A stretch of 61,763 nt of DNA, counting the filler. It is 9 parts of 9 records of this genome, joined end to end, with 100 filler letters (N's around TTAATTAATTAA, not from the genome) between each part and the next. Parts side by side here need not be neighbours in the genome. Positions count along the whole stretch, not along the records: positions 44,867 to 50,210 come from DRR723986_151560; positions 50,311 to 56,095 come from DRR723986_161321; positions 56,196 to 61,763 come from DRR723986_170650; 6 more parts are not named here. One strand, written 5' to 3'. Below are positions 47,622 through 57,867 of this stretch, piece after piece; position 1 is the first letter of the stretch, and every line of letters begins with the position of its first letter. A program made the position numbers and the translations under genes. Under the pieces are notes generated by a model. That model saw only the letters and a program-made list of their open reading frames with translations, was not told the DNA's origin and did not search any database.

Positions 47622-48148
47622 ATGAAACTACTTAAAAGGCGTTTTACACCCTATTATTTACGGCTCTGATTTTTACGACATTTCAATGCGCAAGTACACA
47701 GAGTACACTTTCTTTTCAAGAAGAAGTTCCATTTACTATTAAACCTGTGTCGTTCCAAGAATGGTATGCAGGTATCAAAGTTGGTGGTACAGGAATAAAC
47801 ATTTTTGTTCCGATATCAGATGAAGCAGATAATGTATCCATCGAGAATATCTATTTTAGAAATTTGCAGGGACGATTAGTAAAGTCGAACGGAAAGTATG
47901 TGGCTGTTTTAAAAAACCCATCAAAAAACTACACCTTCTCAGTAATAGAAAAACCTGATAATTACCCTTTCACACTATCAATTAATGAATGTGTAATAAG
48001 CTATATAGAAAATGGTGTGACCAAGTATTATAAAGTCAATGAAATTAATGAATTTGCTGGCACGTATTATGAAAATGGTCCTTCTTCTATCTATGTGAGA
48101 CAGAGCTCTTCTGGTTTAGCGAGCTTAGATGAAGAAAATGAGGAGTAG
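47622..48148 (+). pseudogene. Lipoprotein paralog with a frameshift in the signal peptide (or an assembly error)
   Basis: The ATG at 47622 (MKLLK) is out of frame with the continuation KAFYTLLFTALIFTTFQC..., which runs in frame into the 47747-48148 ORF. Confidence 0.6.
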
Positions 48149-48170
48149 TCATCTTAAAACAATATTATCT

Positions 48171-48197
48171 GCCTTACTTTAAAGTAGGGCTTTTTTT
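48171..48197 (+). terminator. Rho-independent terminator
   Basis: GCCTTACTTTAAAGTAGGGC followed by a T run. Confidence 0.7.
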
Positions 48198-48261
48198 ATG
48201 GCTTATAATAAGAGGACCAAATTATATTTAATACTTTTGGACTAGACAATTACTTACTCGA

Positions 48262-49722
48262 TTGAGCGGATTTAAATCACTTTTTAAACAAACATTCATT
48301 TATGGTTTGGCAACAGTTTTGCCAAGAATGTTGAGCTTTTTATTAGTGCCATTATATACTAGTGAAGCAGTTCTGGCTAATCCGGCAGAATATGGTAAGG
48401 TCTCTGTAATCTTTTCATATTTTGTATTATTCAATGTTGTTTTAGCTTATGGAATGGAAACAGCTTTCTTCAGATTCTTTAATAAAGAATTTGATAAGCA
48501 AAAAGTCATTGGAACATCTACCATTTCATTAATTATATCTTCTTTCTTATTCTTTTGTATTGCTTTATTGTTTCAAAATCAAATAGCGCATTATATAGAC
48601 ATAGATGTGAAGTATATTAATCTGGTGATCTGGATATTGCTCTTAGATGCATTGGTCATTATTCCGTTTGCATGGTTAAGAGCCAATGAAAAACCAATGC
48701 GATATGCCATTATTAAAATCATAAATGTCATCATTAATATTGGTTTAAATTTATTCTTTCTTTTGGCACTAAAAGACTTGGCTCAAAGCACAAGTATTTT
48801 TGAGAGCATTTACAGACCTAACTTTGAAATCAGTTACATTTTCATTGCTAATCTTGTGGCAAGTGCTGTAACGCTGCTATTATTGTCTACCTTTTACGTA
48901 AATCTTAAGTATATATTTGATAAACAGTTATGGAAACAAATGATGCGATATGCCATTCCTGTTTTGGTTGCAGGAATAGCGTTTTCAATCAATGAAACTT
49001 TTGATCGAATATTACTTAAAGAATTATTGCCTGCAGATGTCGCTGAGAACGATATTGGTATGTATTCGGCCTGTTATAAATTAGCCTTATTTATGACGCT
49101 TTTTGCAACAGCTTATCGCTTAGGTATAGAACCTTATTTTTTTAGTCATGCAAAGACAAAGAATCCTCAGAAAAATTATGCTAATATATTAGAGTTCTTT
49201 GTGGCATTTGGGTCAATAATTCTATTAGCAGTAGTTGTATTTGCAGATTTATTAAAACCTTTAATTATAAGAAGTGAAGCGTATTGGGAAGCGATGTGGA
49301 TTGTTCCAATTATACTTTTAGCTAATTTTTGCTTAGGTATTTATCATAATCTGTCAGTATGGTATAAGATTACAGATCGCACAAAGTATGGAGCTTATAT
49401 TTCTGTAGTAGGTGCAATTGTAACCCTTGTTATAAATTTTATGTTTATTGAGGCGTATTCCTATAAAGCCTCTGCCATTGCAACACTCATTGCTTATGGT
49501 ACAATGATGCTTCTATCTTATTACTTTGGTAGAAAATATTATCCAATCCCATATAACCTAAAAAAAATAGGCTTGTACTTAACTGTTTCAATCGGATTAT
49601 CGGCATTATCTTTCTATCAATATCGAGAGAATTATGTTATAGGAATTACAATGTTAATTGTATTTTTGGGATTAGTTATTCTGTTGGAAAAGAACCAACT
49701 AAAACAAATCTTAAAACGCTAA
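48262..49722 (+). CDS. Polysaccharide biosynthesis / oligosaccharide flippase (MATE-like)
   Basis: About 12-14 TM segments; [16 protein letters not shown] and G-x-YSACYK motifs; upstream of dut. Confidence 0.88.
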   Translation: MSGFKSLFKQTFIYGLATVLPRMLSFLLVPLYTSEAVLANPAEYGKVSVIFSYFVLFNVVLAYGMETAFFRFFNKEFDKQKVIGTSTISLIISSFLFFCIALLFQNQIAHYIDIDVKYINLVIWILLLDALVIIPFAWLRANEKPMRYAIIKIINVIINIGLNLFFLLALKDLAQSTSIFESIYRPNFEISYIFIANLVASAVTLLLLSTFYVNLKYIFDKQLWKQMMRYAIPVLVAGIAFSINETFDRILLKELLPADVAENDIGMYSACYKLALFMTLFATAYRLGIEPYFFSHAKTKNPQKNYANILEFFVAFGSIILLAVVVFADLLKPLIIRSEAYWEAMWIVPIILLANFCLGIYHNLSVWYKITDRTKYGAYISVVGAIVTLVINFMFIEAYSYKASAIATLIAYGTMMLLSYYFGRKYYPIPYNLKKIGLYLTVSIGLSALSFYQYRENYVIGITMLIVFLGLVILLEKNQLKQILKR

Positions 49723-49726
49723 AAAC

Positions 49727-50161
49727 ATGAAAATTAAAATTATAAATAAATCCAGACACGATTTACCGCATTATGAAACTATGGCATCTGCAGGAATGGA
49801 CTTACGTGCTAGCCTTACAGAATCAAGAACACTTAAACCTTTAGAACGCACTATAGTTGGTACAGGATTATTCATAGAATTACCTGTTGGAATAGAAGCA
49901 CAAGTAAGACCTCGAAGTGGATTAGCCGCAAAAAAAGGAATTACTGTTTTAAATGCACCAGGAACGATTGATGCTGATTATAGAGGTGAAATAGGAGTGA
50001 TCCTGGTAAATCTTTCTAATGAAGATTTTACAATTAATAATGGTGAGCGTATTGCCCAATTAGTTATTGCAAAACACGAGCGTGCTGAGTGGGAGCAAGT
50101 AGAAGTACTATCAAGTACCGAAAGAGGTAAAGGAGGTTTTGGAAGCACCGGAACCAAATAA
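49727..50161 (+). CDS. dut: dUTP diphosphatase
   Basis: [22 protein letters not shown] and RG-x-GGFGSTG motifs. Confidence 0.97.
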   Translation: MKIKIINKSRHDLPHYETMASAGMDLRASLTESRTLKPLERTIVGTGLFIELPVGIEAQVRPRSGLAAKKGITVLNAPGTIDADYRGEIGVILVNLSNEDFTINNGERIAQLVIAKHERAEWEQVEVLSSTERGKGGFGSTGTK

Positions 50162-50186
50162 ACAAATCAAAGAACAAGCTTAAAAC

Positions 50187-50210
50187 ATGAAAATAATAGT
50201 ACCAATGGCA
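50187..50210 (+). CDS. Start of a sugar-phosphate nucleotidyltransferase (truncated)
   Basis: MKIIVPMA directly after dut, cut by the linker. Confidence 0.6.
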
Positions 50211-50316
50211 NNNNNNNNNNNNNNNNNNNNNNNNNNNNNNNNNNNNNNNNNNNNTTAATTAATTAANNNNNNNNNNNNNNNNNNNNNNNNNNNNNNNNNN
50301 NNNNNNNNNNAATAGC

Positions 50317-51816
50317 TTAAGCTATTACAGGTTCAGTCACTGTTGCTGTTTTAATTACTTTCATGGCTGTCATAGCAGCACGTAATCTTTGTCCAACAGC
50401 TTCAATAGGATGATTTCTAATGGCATCATTAACTGTAATTAATTCAATATTATCCACACCAGTTGTGTCTGAATAAGACTTTCCTATTATCGATACATCA
50501 ACAGATTTCATAAAATCTGTCAATAATGGTTTACAAGCATGATCAAATAAATAACAACCATACTCAGCAGTATCAGAAATCACACGATTCATTTCAAATA
50601 ACTTTTTACGTGCAATGGTGTTTGCAATCAATGGTAATTCATGTAGTGATTCGTAGTATGCAGAATCTTCAATAATACCTGCGCTCACCATAGTTTCAAA
50701 AGCCAGTTCTACACCAGACTTTACAAAAGCTACTAGTAGTGTGCCGTGGTCAAAGTATTCTTGTTCTGAAATATGATCTGTTGTAAGGGCTGTTTTTTCA
50801 AAAGCAGTTTCACCTGTTGCTTCTCGCCATTTTAATAAGTTAACATCATCATTGGCCCAATCTTCCATCATTGTTTTTGAAAAATGACCTGAAATAATAT
50901 CATCCATATGTTTTTCAAACAGAGGTCGCATGATTTCTTTTAATTCTTCAGATAATTCAAAAGCTTTGATTTTTGCTGGATTAGACAATCTATCCATCAT
51001 ATTGGTAATTCCGCCGTGCTTAAGTGCTTCGGTAATAGTTTCCCACCCAAACTGAATTAATTTGGCTGCATAACCTGGTTCAATTCCTTCCTCAACCATT
51101 TTGTCAAAAGACAAAATAGCTCCGGTTTGTAATAAACCACATAATATGGTTTGCTCACCCATTAAATCTGATTTTACTTCTGCGATAAATGACGATTCTA
51201 ATACGCCAGCTTTATGACCTCCAGTTGCAACCGCATAAGCTTTAGCTTGTGCCCAACCTTTTCCTTCCGGATCATTTTCAGGATGTACAGCGGTTAGTGT
51301 AGGCACTCCGAATCCTCTTTTGTATTCTTCTCTAACTTCCGTCCCTGGACATTTTGGTGCAACCATTATGACAGTTATATCTTCGCGAATTTTTGTACCT
51401 TCTTCAACGATATTGAAGCCATGAGAGTAACTTAAAGTTGCTCCTTTTTTCATTAATGGCATTACAGCTTTAACAACATTGGTGTGCTGCTTATCTGGAG
51501 TTAAGTTTAGAACTAAATCTGCTGTAGGGATTAATTCGTCGTACGTGCCAACGGTAAAACCGTTAGAGGTTGCGTTTTTATATGAATCACGTTGTTCATC
51601 GATAGCGACTTGACGTAATGTATAAGAAATATCTAGACCAGAATCTCTCATGTTAAGGCCTTGGTTTAAGCCTTGTGCTCCACAACCAACAATTACAATT
51701 TTCTTTCCTTTTAAGGCGTTCACTCCATCTTCAAATTCTGAAGCATCCATAAAACGACATTTACCTAATTGTTCTAATTGTTCTCTTAATGCTAATGTGT
51801 TAAAATAATTTGACAT
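50317..51816 (-). CDS. ilvC: Ketol-acid reductoisomerase (long, class II type)
   Basis: GCGAQG, LTPDKQH, APKCPG and [12 protein letters not shown] motifs; 499 aa. Confidence 0.96.
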   Translation of the reverse strand: MSNYFNTLALREQLEQLGKCRFMDASEFEDGVNALKGKKIVIVGCGAQGLNQGLNMRDSGLDISYTLRQVAIDEQRDSYKNATSNGFTVGTYDELIPTADLVLNLTPDKQHTNVVKAVMPLMKKGATLSYSHGFNIVEEGTKIREDITVIMVAPKCPGTEVREEYKRGFGVPTLTAVHPENDPEGKGWAQAKAYAVATGGHKAGVLESSFIAEVKSDLMGEQTILCGLLQTGAILSFDKMVEEGIEPGYAAKLIQFGWETITEALKHGGITNMMDRLSNPAKIKAFELSEELKEIMRPLFEKHMDDIISGHFSKTMMEDWANDDVNLLKWREATGETAFEKTALTTDHISEQEYFDHGTLLVAFVKSGVELAFETMVSAGIIEDSAYYESLHELPLIANTIARKKLFEMNRVISDTAEYGCYLFDHACKPLLTDFMKSVDVSIIGKSYSDTTGVDNIELITVNDAIRNHPIEAVGQRLRAAMTAMKVIKTATVTEPVIA

Positions 51817-51826
51817 TGTTCTTTTT

Positions 51827-52357
51827 TTAATGTTGAAATGCTTCTAGCATTGTTGATATTTTCATTTCGTTTTTAGTGACCGCAATGCGACCAGATCGCA
51901 CAAATTGCATAATTCCAAATGCGCTAAGTTCTCTGTATAATAAATCTATTTCTTGTTTTCTTCCTGATTTTTCTAAGACGAAAAACTCTTTATTTACGGT
52001 AACAATTCTTGAGTTACTTTCTTTAATGATATTTTGGATTTGACGTTCCTCAAACAAAAGATCGGATTTAATTTTGAACATTGCAGATATCTGATAAATT
52101 GTTTCGTCATCAGTATGGTAATATGCTTTAATCACTTCCACTTGCCGTTCTAACTGACCAATAATTTTCTTCATTTGGTCTTCAGTGATATCTACAACTA
52201 GAGTAAATCTAGAGACTCCCTCAATTTCAGATCTTGATGTATTTAAACTCTCAATGTTTATATGTCTACGTTGGAATATTGCTGAAATTCTATTTAACAA
52301 TCCAATATTGTTTTCAGTATAAATAGATACCGTAAAATGTTTTATCTCGTTGCTCAT
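51827..52357 (-). CDS. ilvN: Acetolactate synthase small subunit
   Basis: ACT domain EN-x-IGLLNRI...[17 protein letters not shown]; likely start MSNEIK at 52357. Confidence 0.92.
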   Translation of the reverse strand: MSNEIKHFTVSIYTENNIGLLNRISAIFQRRHINIESLNTSRSEIEGVSRFTLVVDITEDQMKKIIGQLERQVEVIKAYYHTDDETIYQISAMFKIKSDLLFEERQIQNIIKESNSRIVTVNKEFFVLEKSGRKQEIDLLYRELSAFGIMQFVRSGRIAVTKNEMKISTMLEAFQH

Positions 52358-52359
52358 AA

Positions 52360-54096
52360 TTATTCTAATCTTATATCTGATACTGTGGCTCCAGACGGAA
52401 TCATTGGAAACACATTGTCTTCTTTCTCTACACAAACCTCTAAAAAGTAAGGTTCTTTACTTGCAACCATTTGTGCTACTGCATCAGCTAACTCTTCGCG
52501 TTTAGTTACACGCTTAGCGTTGAGGTGATATCCTTTTGCAATAGCTACAAAGTCTGGGTTAGTCATCTCGGTGGATGCATACCGTTTATCAAAAAACAAC
52601 TGTTGCCACTGTCTTACCATTCCCAAAAAATCATTGTTAAGAACAACTACTTTAACAGCTGCTTTTTGTTGAAAAATAGTTCCTAATTCCTGAATGGTCA
52701 TTTGGTAGCCACCATCACCACATATTGAAATTACCTCTCTTTCTGGTGCTGCCATTTTTGCACCTATTGCCGCAGGTAAGCCAAAGCCCATTGTGCCCAA
52801 ACCGCCAGAAGTGATATTGCTTTTGGTCTTGTTGAATTCAGCATAACGACACGCAATCATTTGGTGTTGACCTACATCACTAACGATGGCAGCTTCACCT
52901 TTAGTTTGAATATTAATTTCTTTTAATACTTCACCCATGGTTAAGCCTTCCTTTGTTGGGTATAGATCATTTTTTATAACTTTTTCAAATTCTATTTTAT
53001 ATAAGTCCTTAAATTTTTGGTGCCATTCGTTATGCGCGTTAGCATTTAATAGGGGTAAAAGTGCTTTAAGACTTTCTTTAGCATCTCCCAAAACGGCAAC
53101 ATCAGTTTTTACATTTTTATCAATCTCTGCAGGATCAATTTCAAAATGAATCACTTTAGCTTGTTTTGCGTAGGTATTTAAATTGCCTGTTACGCGATCA
53201 TCAAAACGCATTCCTATGGCAATAAGTACATCGCATTCGTTAGTCAATACATTAGGTGCGTAGTTGCCATGCATACCTACCATACCAACATTTAGTGGAT
53301 GTGTGGTTGGAATAGCTGAAGCACCTAGTATTGTCCATGCAGAAGGAATACCAGCTTTTTCTATAACTGCCTTGAATTCTTCTTCTGCTTTACCAAGAAT
53401 TACACCCTGTCCCCAAACTATTAATGGTTTTTTAGCTTTGTTTATCAATTCGGCTGCAGCTCTTAAAGCATTACTGTCAGTTTCAGGTACAGGTTTGTAG
53501 CTTCTGATTCCTGTACATTTTTCGTATTTAAAATCAAATTCTTCAAACTGTGCATCTTTTGTAATATCGATAAGTACTGGTCCTGGCCGGCCACTTTTTG
53601 CTATGTAAAAGGCTTTTGCTAATACTTTTGGGATTTCTGAAGCTTTTGTGATTTGATGATTCCATTTAGTAATTGGAGTAGAGATACCAACAATATCAGT
53701 TTCTTGAAAAGCATCACTGCCTAATAGATGCGATCCAACCTGACCCGTAATGCAAACCATTGGAGTAGAATCTATTTGTGCGTCGGCAATACCAGTAATA
53801 AGATTTGTAGCGCCTGGACCTGAAGTTGCCATTGCAACACCAACATCTCCAGAAATTCTCGCATAACCTTGAGCAGAGTGTGTTGCACCTTGCTCATGCC
53901 GTGTAAGTACATGATGTATTTTATCTTGATATTTATATAACTCATCATATACAGGCATAATGGCACCGCCTGGATAACCATAAAGTATTTTTACATCTTC
54001 TTCGATTAAGCATTTAACTACGGCTTCACTTCCAGAAATCCGTTCTGTAGTTTGTGATGGCATAGTTTGTTTTTTTATAGAATGTGTTTCTTTCAT
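52360..54096 (-). CDS. ilvB: Acetolactate synthase large subunit
   Basis: GYPGG, RHEQGA, TSGPGATN, RFDDRVTG and ThDP motif GDGG...NN. Confidence 0.96.
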   Translation of the reverse strand: MKETHSIKKQTMPSQTTERISGSEAVVKCLIEEDVKILYGYPGGAIMPVYDELYKYQDKIHHVLTRHEQGATHSAQGYARISGDVGVAMATSGPGATNLITGIADAQIDSTPMVCITGQVGSHLLGSDAFQETDIVGISTPITKWNHQITKASEIPKVLAKAFYIAKSGRPGPVLIDITKDAQFEEFDFKYEKCTGIRSYKPVPETDSNALRAAAELINKAKKPLIVWGQGVILGKAEEEFKAVIEKAGIPSAWTILGASAIPTTHPLNVGMVGMHGNYAPNVLTNECDVLIAIGMRFDDRVTGNLNTYAKQAKVIHFEIDPAEIDKNVKTDVAVLGDAKESLKALLPLLNANAHNEWHQKFKDLYKIEFEKVIKNDLYPTKEGLTMGEVLKEINIQTKGEAAIVSDVGQHQMIACRYAEFNKTKSNITSGGLGTMGFGLPAAIGAKMAAPEREVISICGDGGYQMTIQELGTIFQQKAAVKVVVLNNDFLGMVRQWQQLFFDKRYASTEMTNPDFVAIAKGYHLNAKRVTKREELADAVAQMVASKEPYFLEVCVEKEDNVFPMIPSGATVSDIRLE

Positions 54097-54108
54097 TTTA
54101 GTTATTAT

Positions 54109-55788
54109 TTAAAATTCATCAGTTACACATCCTTGTGAAGCAGATGATACTGTTTTTGCATATTTATAAAGTACTCCACGCTCAAATTTTAAATCTGGCG
54201 CTTTCCAATTTTGTCTTCTTTTTTGTAATTCTTGCTCAGAAACTTCAACAGATATAGAATTTGTTTCAGCATCAATGGTGATTATATCTCCATCTTCAAC
54301 TAAGGCAATTGTACCACCTTCTTGGGCTTCAGGTGTAATATGACCAACCACAAAACCATGTGTTCCACCTGAGAATCTTCCGTCTGTAATTAGTGCAACA
54401 TCTTTTCCTAAGCCGGCTCCCATTATAGCTGCTGTAGGTTTTAGCATTTCTGGCATACCAGGTCCTCCTTTAGGGCCTTCATAGCGAATAACAACAACAT
54501 CTCCTTTTTCCACTTTTCCGTCTCTAATACCATCATTTGCTGCGTATTCACCTTCAAAAACTTTCGCTTTACCCTTGAAGCTCAAACCTTCTTTTCCTGT
54601 GATTTTTGCAACACTTCCTTCGGTTGCTAAATTGCCATAGAGCATTCTTAAATGCCCTGATACTTTAATAGGATTTTCTATTGGTTTTATAACTTCCTGG
54701 CCTTCAGTAAGGTCTTCAACATTTAGAAGATTTTCTGCTACAGTTTTTCCAGTAACCGTTAAACAGTCACCATGCAATAGTCCCTTTTTAAGAAGATATT
54801 TCATTACTGCAGGTATACCACCAACAGTATGTACATCTTCCATAAGATATTTTCCACTTGGTTTTAAATCTGCCAGAAATGGTGTGTTGTCACTTATATC
54901 TTGAAAATCCTTTAATGTAAAATCTATTTGAGCAGCTCTGGCAATCGCTAAAAAGTGTAAAACTGCATTAGTAGAACCTCCTAAAATTGTTACTAATCTT
55001 ACTGCGTTTTCAAGGGATTTTCTTGTAATTATATCTGAAGGTTTAATGTCTTTTTCAAGAAGAACTCTGAGGGCTTCACCTGCTTTGATAGATTCTTGTT
55101 TTTTAGCATCACTCAGTGCTGGGTTAGAGGAATTAAAAGGTAATGCCATTCCTAGTGCTTCTATTGAGGAAGCCATTGTATTAGCGGTATACATGCCACC
55201 ACATGCACCAGCGCCTGGACATGCTTTTTCTACAATACTCTGGTATTCATTTTCAGTCATTGTACCAGCAACCTTACTTCCCCAAGCTTCAAATGCAGAT
55301 ACGACATCTAACTTTTTTCCTTCATGGCATCCCGAATCAATAGTTCCGCCATAAACCAAAATTGAAGGACGATTTAAACGAATCATTGCCATTAAAGCAC
55401 CTGGCATATTTTTGTCACAACCTACAACTGTTACTAGTCCATCGTAGCTCATGGCTTGTACCACAGTTTCCATAGAATCTGCAATGATATCGCGAGATGG
55501 TAATGAGTAACGCATTCCTGGTGTACCCATTGAAATTCCATCGCTCACACCAATAGTATTGAATATCAGACCAACTACATCCTCATTTTTTGTGCCTTCT
55601 TTGACCAATTTAGCTAAGTCATTAAGATGCATATTACAAGGATTGCCTTCATAGCCTGTACTTGCAATACCTACAATTGGTTTAAAAAAATCTTCTTTGG
55701 TTAATCCAATGGCATGCAACATTGCTTGAGCCGCAGGTTGCGTTGGATCTTGAGTAACGGTTTTGCTGTATTTGTTTAATTGGCTCAT
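54109..55788 (-). CDS. ilvD: Dihydroxy-acid dehydratase
   Basis: [28 protein letters not shown] and TDGRFSG motifs. Confidence 0.96.
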   Translation of the reverse strand: MSQLNKYSKTVTQDPTQPAAQAMLHAIGLTKEDFFKPIVGIASTGYEGNPCNMHLNDLAKLVKEGTKNEDVVGLIFNTIGVSDGISMGTPGMRYSLPSRDIIADSMETVVQAMSYDGLVTVVGCDKNMPGALMAMIRLNRPSILVYGGTIDSGCHEGKKLDVVSAFEAWGSKVAGTMTENEYQSIVEKACPGAGACGGMYTANTMASSIEALGMALPFNSSNPALSDAKKQESIKAGEALRVLLEKDIKPSDIITRKSLENAVRLVTILGGSTNAVLHFLAIARAAQIDFTLKDFQDISDNTPFLADLKPSGKYLMEDVHTVGGIPAVMKYLLKKGLLHGDCLTVTGKTVAENLLNVEDLTEGQEVIKPIENPIKVSGHLRMLYGNLATEGSVAKITGKEGLSFKGKAKVFEGEYAANDGIRDGKVEKGDVVVIRYEGPKGGPGMPEMLKPTAAIMGAGLGKDVALITDGRFSGGTHGFVVGHITPEAQEGGTIALVEDGDIITIDAETNSISVEVSEQELQKRRQNWKAPDLKFERGVLYKYAKTVSSASQGCVTDEF

Positions 55789-56004
55789 GTGTTTTTGTGC
55801 AAAGCGATATGTTTAAAAAACTAAAATACTTGTTACTCAAGTCTAAGTTATAATTGTAAAATGAGTTCATTTAGATTCAATATAAAGAAGATGTATTTAA
55901 ATATCTGATAAACAGATTTTTAGATACTTTTTAATATGACGTTCAAGTCAATTAAAAATTGTGCAATACAATGAGAAAATTAAACTTTGAGAAGTATAAA
56001 GACC

Positions 56005-56035
56005 AAAAAACCCGATTCAATTGAATCGGGTTTTT
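56005..56035 (-). terminator. Terminator downstream of tRNA-Phe
   Basis: Perfect inverted repeat AAAAACCCGATTCAATTGAATCGGGTTTTT. Confidence 0.75.
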
Positions 56036-56040
56036 GATGG

Positions 56041-56095
56041 TGGTGCCTCCAGGAATCGAACCAGGGACACAAGGATTTTCAGTCCTTTGCTCTAC
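56041..56095 (-). tRNA. tRNA-Phe(GAA), 5'-truncated
   Basis: Reverse complement GTAGAGCA-AAGGA-CTGAAAA-TCCTT-GTGTC-CCTGG-TTCGATT-CCTGG-AGGCACCA. Confidence 0.9.
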
Positions 56096-56195
56096 NNNNN
56101 NNNNNNNNNNNNNNNNNNNNNNNNNNNNNNNNNNNNNNNTTAATTAATTAANNNNNNNNNNNNNNNNNNNNNNNNNNNNNNNNNNNNNNNNNNNN

Positions 56196-56231
56196 GCTGA
56201 GGGTCGCGAGTTCGAGTCTCGTCTCTCGCTC
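56196..56231 (+). tRNA. tRNA 3' half, most likely tRNA-Gly (anticodon not visible)
   Basis: GCTGA-GGGTC-GCGAG-TTCGAGT-CTCGT-CTCTCGC-TC; acceptor and discriminator are typical of tRNA-Gly. Confidence 0.7.
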
Positions 56232-56321
56232 AACATAAAGCACTAACCTTTTCGGTTGGTGCTTTTTTTATGATTAATAATTTCATACGAGACGAGAAGT
56301 TTATCCTGAGGATATCGAAGG

Positions 56322-56341
56322 GAGTCTCGTCTCTCGCTCAA
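56322..56341 (+). repeat. Direct repeat of the tRNA 3' end with a second terminator
   Basis: GAGTCTCGTCTCTCGCTCAA is identical at 56214-56233 and 56322-56341; each copy is followed by a hairpin and T run. Confidence 0.85.
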
Positions 56342-56392
56342 AAAAAAGCCAACCTTTTAGGGGTTGGCTTTTTTATTTAGCGTGTTAATCAA

Positions 56393-57865
56393 TTAAAACC
56401 GTGCTCCTACACTCAATAATATCTGAGAGTTATTCGCATTCACATTCGATAAACTTCCATTTATTGTTGGATCATAAGCGTAATAATCTTCATTTTTCTT
56501 TTGGAGCATATATGCCATATCCACATACCAGATTCCGAAATTATAACCTAAACCACCAGTATAAAAAACAGTAGGATTCAGATTATTTCCAGATTGGGAT
56601 TTATAGGGTGTTTGATAATAAGCAAATCCACCACGAACATAAAATTGTTTCGTAATCCTTCCTTCAGCGCCAATTTTGAAATTAAGTACAGATCTGTACA
56701 AGTTGTCTATTTGGGTATTCTCTGCAGCAAAGCTGTAGGGAGCGGTGGAAAACTTTTTAGACTTCAATTCGGCATTTCCGTAGTCAACATATTCTATCTC
56801 AGCTCCTATTGAACCGTATTTTTTGAGAACAAAAGCCACCGAACCATTAGCTTTAAATGGTGTACGAACATTATACTTATATGTACCGCTTGGAACGTTA
56901 ACATTATCAATATACTTAAGTCCCTCATCTGTATTGGTTTCCATGTTATTCGTCCAATAGTCATTCATGTAATAAATTGAAGGTGTTTCAATTGCCGCGC
57001 CAATACGAACTTGAGGTATTGGTGTATAAATAGCTCCTATTCGAGCGTTTAATCCCCTCCCTGAAATATCCAATTGTCCAGTATATTTCGTTGATTGAAT
57101 CCATAAACTTGTGTCTGTATAAGTCTCGTTATGCGTAAAGTTTTCTGAATAATTCACGTTCAAGACATTGAAACTTGCTCCAATCAGTAGTTTGTTCGCG
57201 TAATTCCCACTTATAGTTATCAAATTAAATTCTGTAATTCCTCCTTCTCGTCTAACCTGACGATCATGAACTGCAGTTCCAGAAGTAAAATCCGTTGTAT
57301 AAGTATTTCCACCAGCAGGATCAATGGCGTAAGTATCATAAGCCAAGGCGGCGGAAAACGGATGCCAATCGTAAATAAAATCCGTTGGTGTCCCATTAGC
57401 TTCTTGAATAAAAGAATGTAAAATAGAAGAATCTACTTCACCTCTCGAGGTAAAATCTTGATTAAAACTCTTAATTCTGCTCATTCCAATTCCTATTTGG
57501 ACGCCATACCAATTCTTGAATTTGTTAGGATTCAATGAGTATGCTTTAATATAAGATAGGTTGCTAAAATTGTACTTTAGCCTATTATCGTTGGTTGTAG
57601 ACCCATAGAATCCAGTTTGTGTAGTTGAAGCTTCAACGTTTTGAGTAAAAGAAAAATTACTTTTCGTTAATCGACCTAATCCAGCTGGATTTTGACTAGC
57701 GTTAGAAAAGTCTCCACCCAATGCAGACATGGCGCCAGCAGTGGCAATGTTCCGAGCTGTTCCTCCAAAAAAGGTTTGTGTGTACCTTAGGGCATCTTCT
57801 TCGTTTTGTGCATTAACCGTTGCTCCCAGCAACATGGCTAAGCTTAATATTAAAACTCTTTTCAT
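56393..57865 (-). CDS. OmpP1/FadL/TodX-family outer membrane protein
   Basis: GTARNIATAGAMSALGGD-x-S...NPAGL motif; C-terminal Phe. Confidence 0.88.
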   Translation of the reverse strand: MKRVLILSLAMLLGATVNAQNEEDALRYTQTFFGGTARNIATAGAMSALGGDFSNASQNPAGLGRLTKSNFSFTQNVEASTTQTGFYGSTTNDNRLKYNFSNLSYIKAYSLNPNKFKNWYGVQIGIGMSRIKSFNQDFTSRGEVDSSILHSFIQEANGTPTDFIYDWHPFSAALAYDTYAIDPAGGNTYTTDFTSGTAVHDRQVRREGGITEFNLITISGNYANKLLIGASFNVLNVNYSENFTHNETYTDTSLWIQSTKYTGQLDISGRGLNARIGAIYTPIPQVRIGAAIETPSIYYMNDYWTNNMETNTDEGLKYIDNVNVPSGTYKYNVRTPFKANGSVAFVLKKYGSIGAEIEYVDYGNAELKSKKFSTAPYSFAAENTQIDNLYRSVLNFKIGAEGRITKQFYVRGGFAYYQTPYKSQSGNNLNPTVFYTGGLGYNFGIWYVDMAYMLQKKNEDYYAYDPTINGSLSNVNANNSQILLSVGARF

Positions 57866-57867
57866 AC

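Noticed and set aside
55789-56004. Attenuator or leader peptide upstream of ilvD
   Set aside because: I could not identify an Ile/Leu/Val-rich leader ORF with a terminator.
56041-56231. tRNA-Phe and tRNA-Gly fragments as one locus or att pair
   Set aside because: They are different tRNAs on different contigs separated by a linker, with no integrase nearby.
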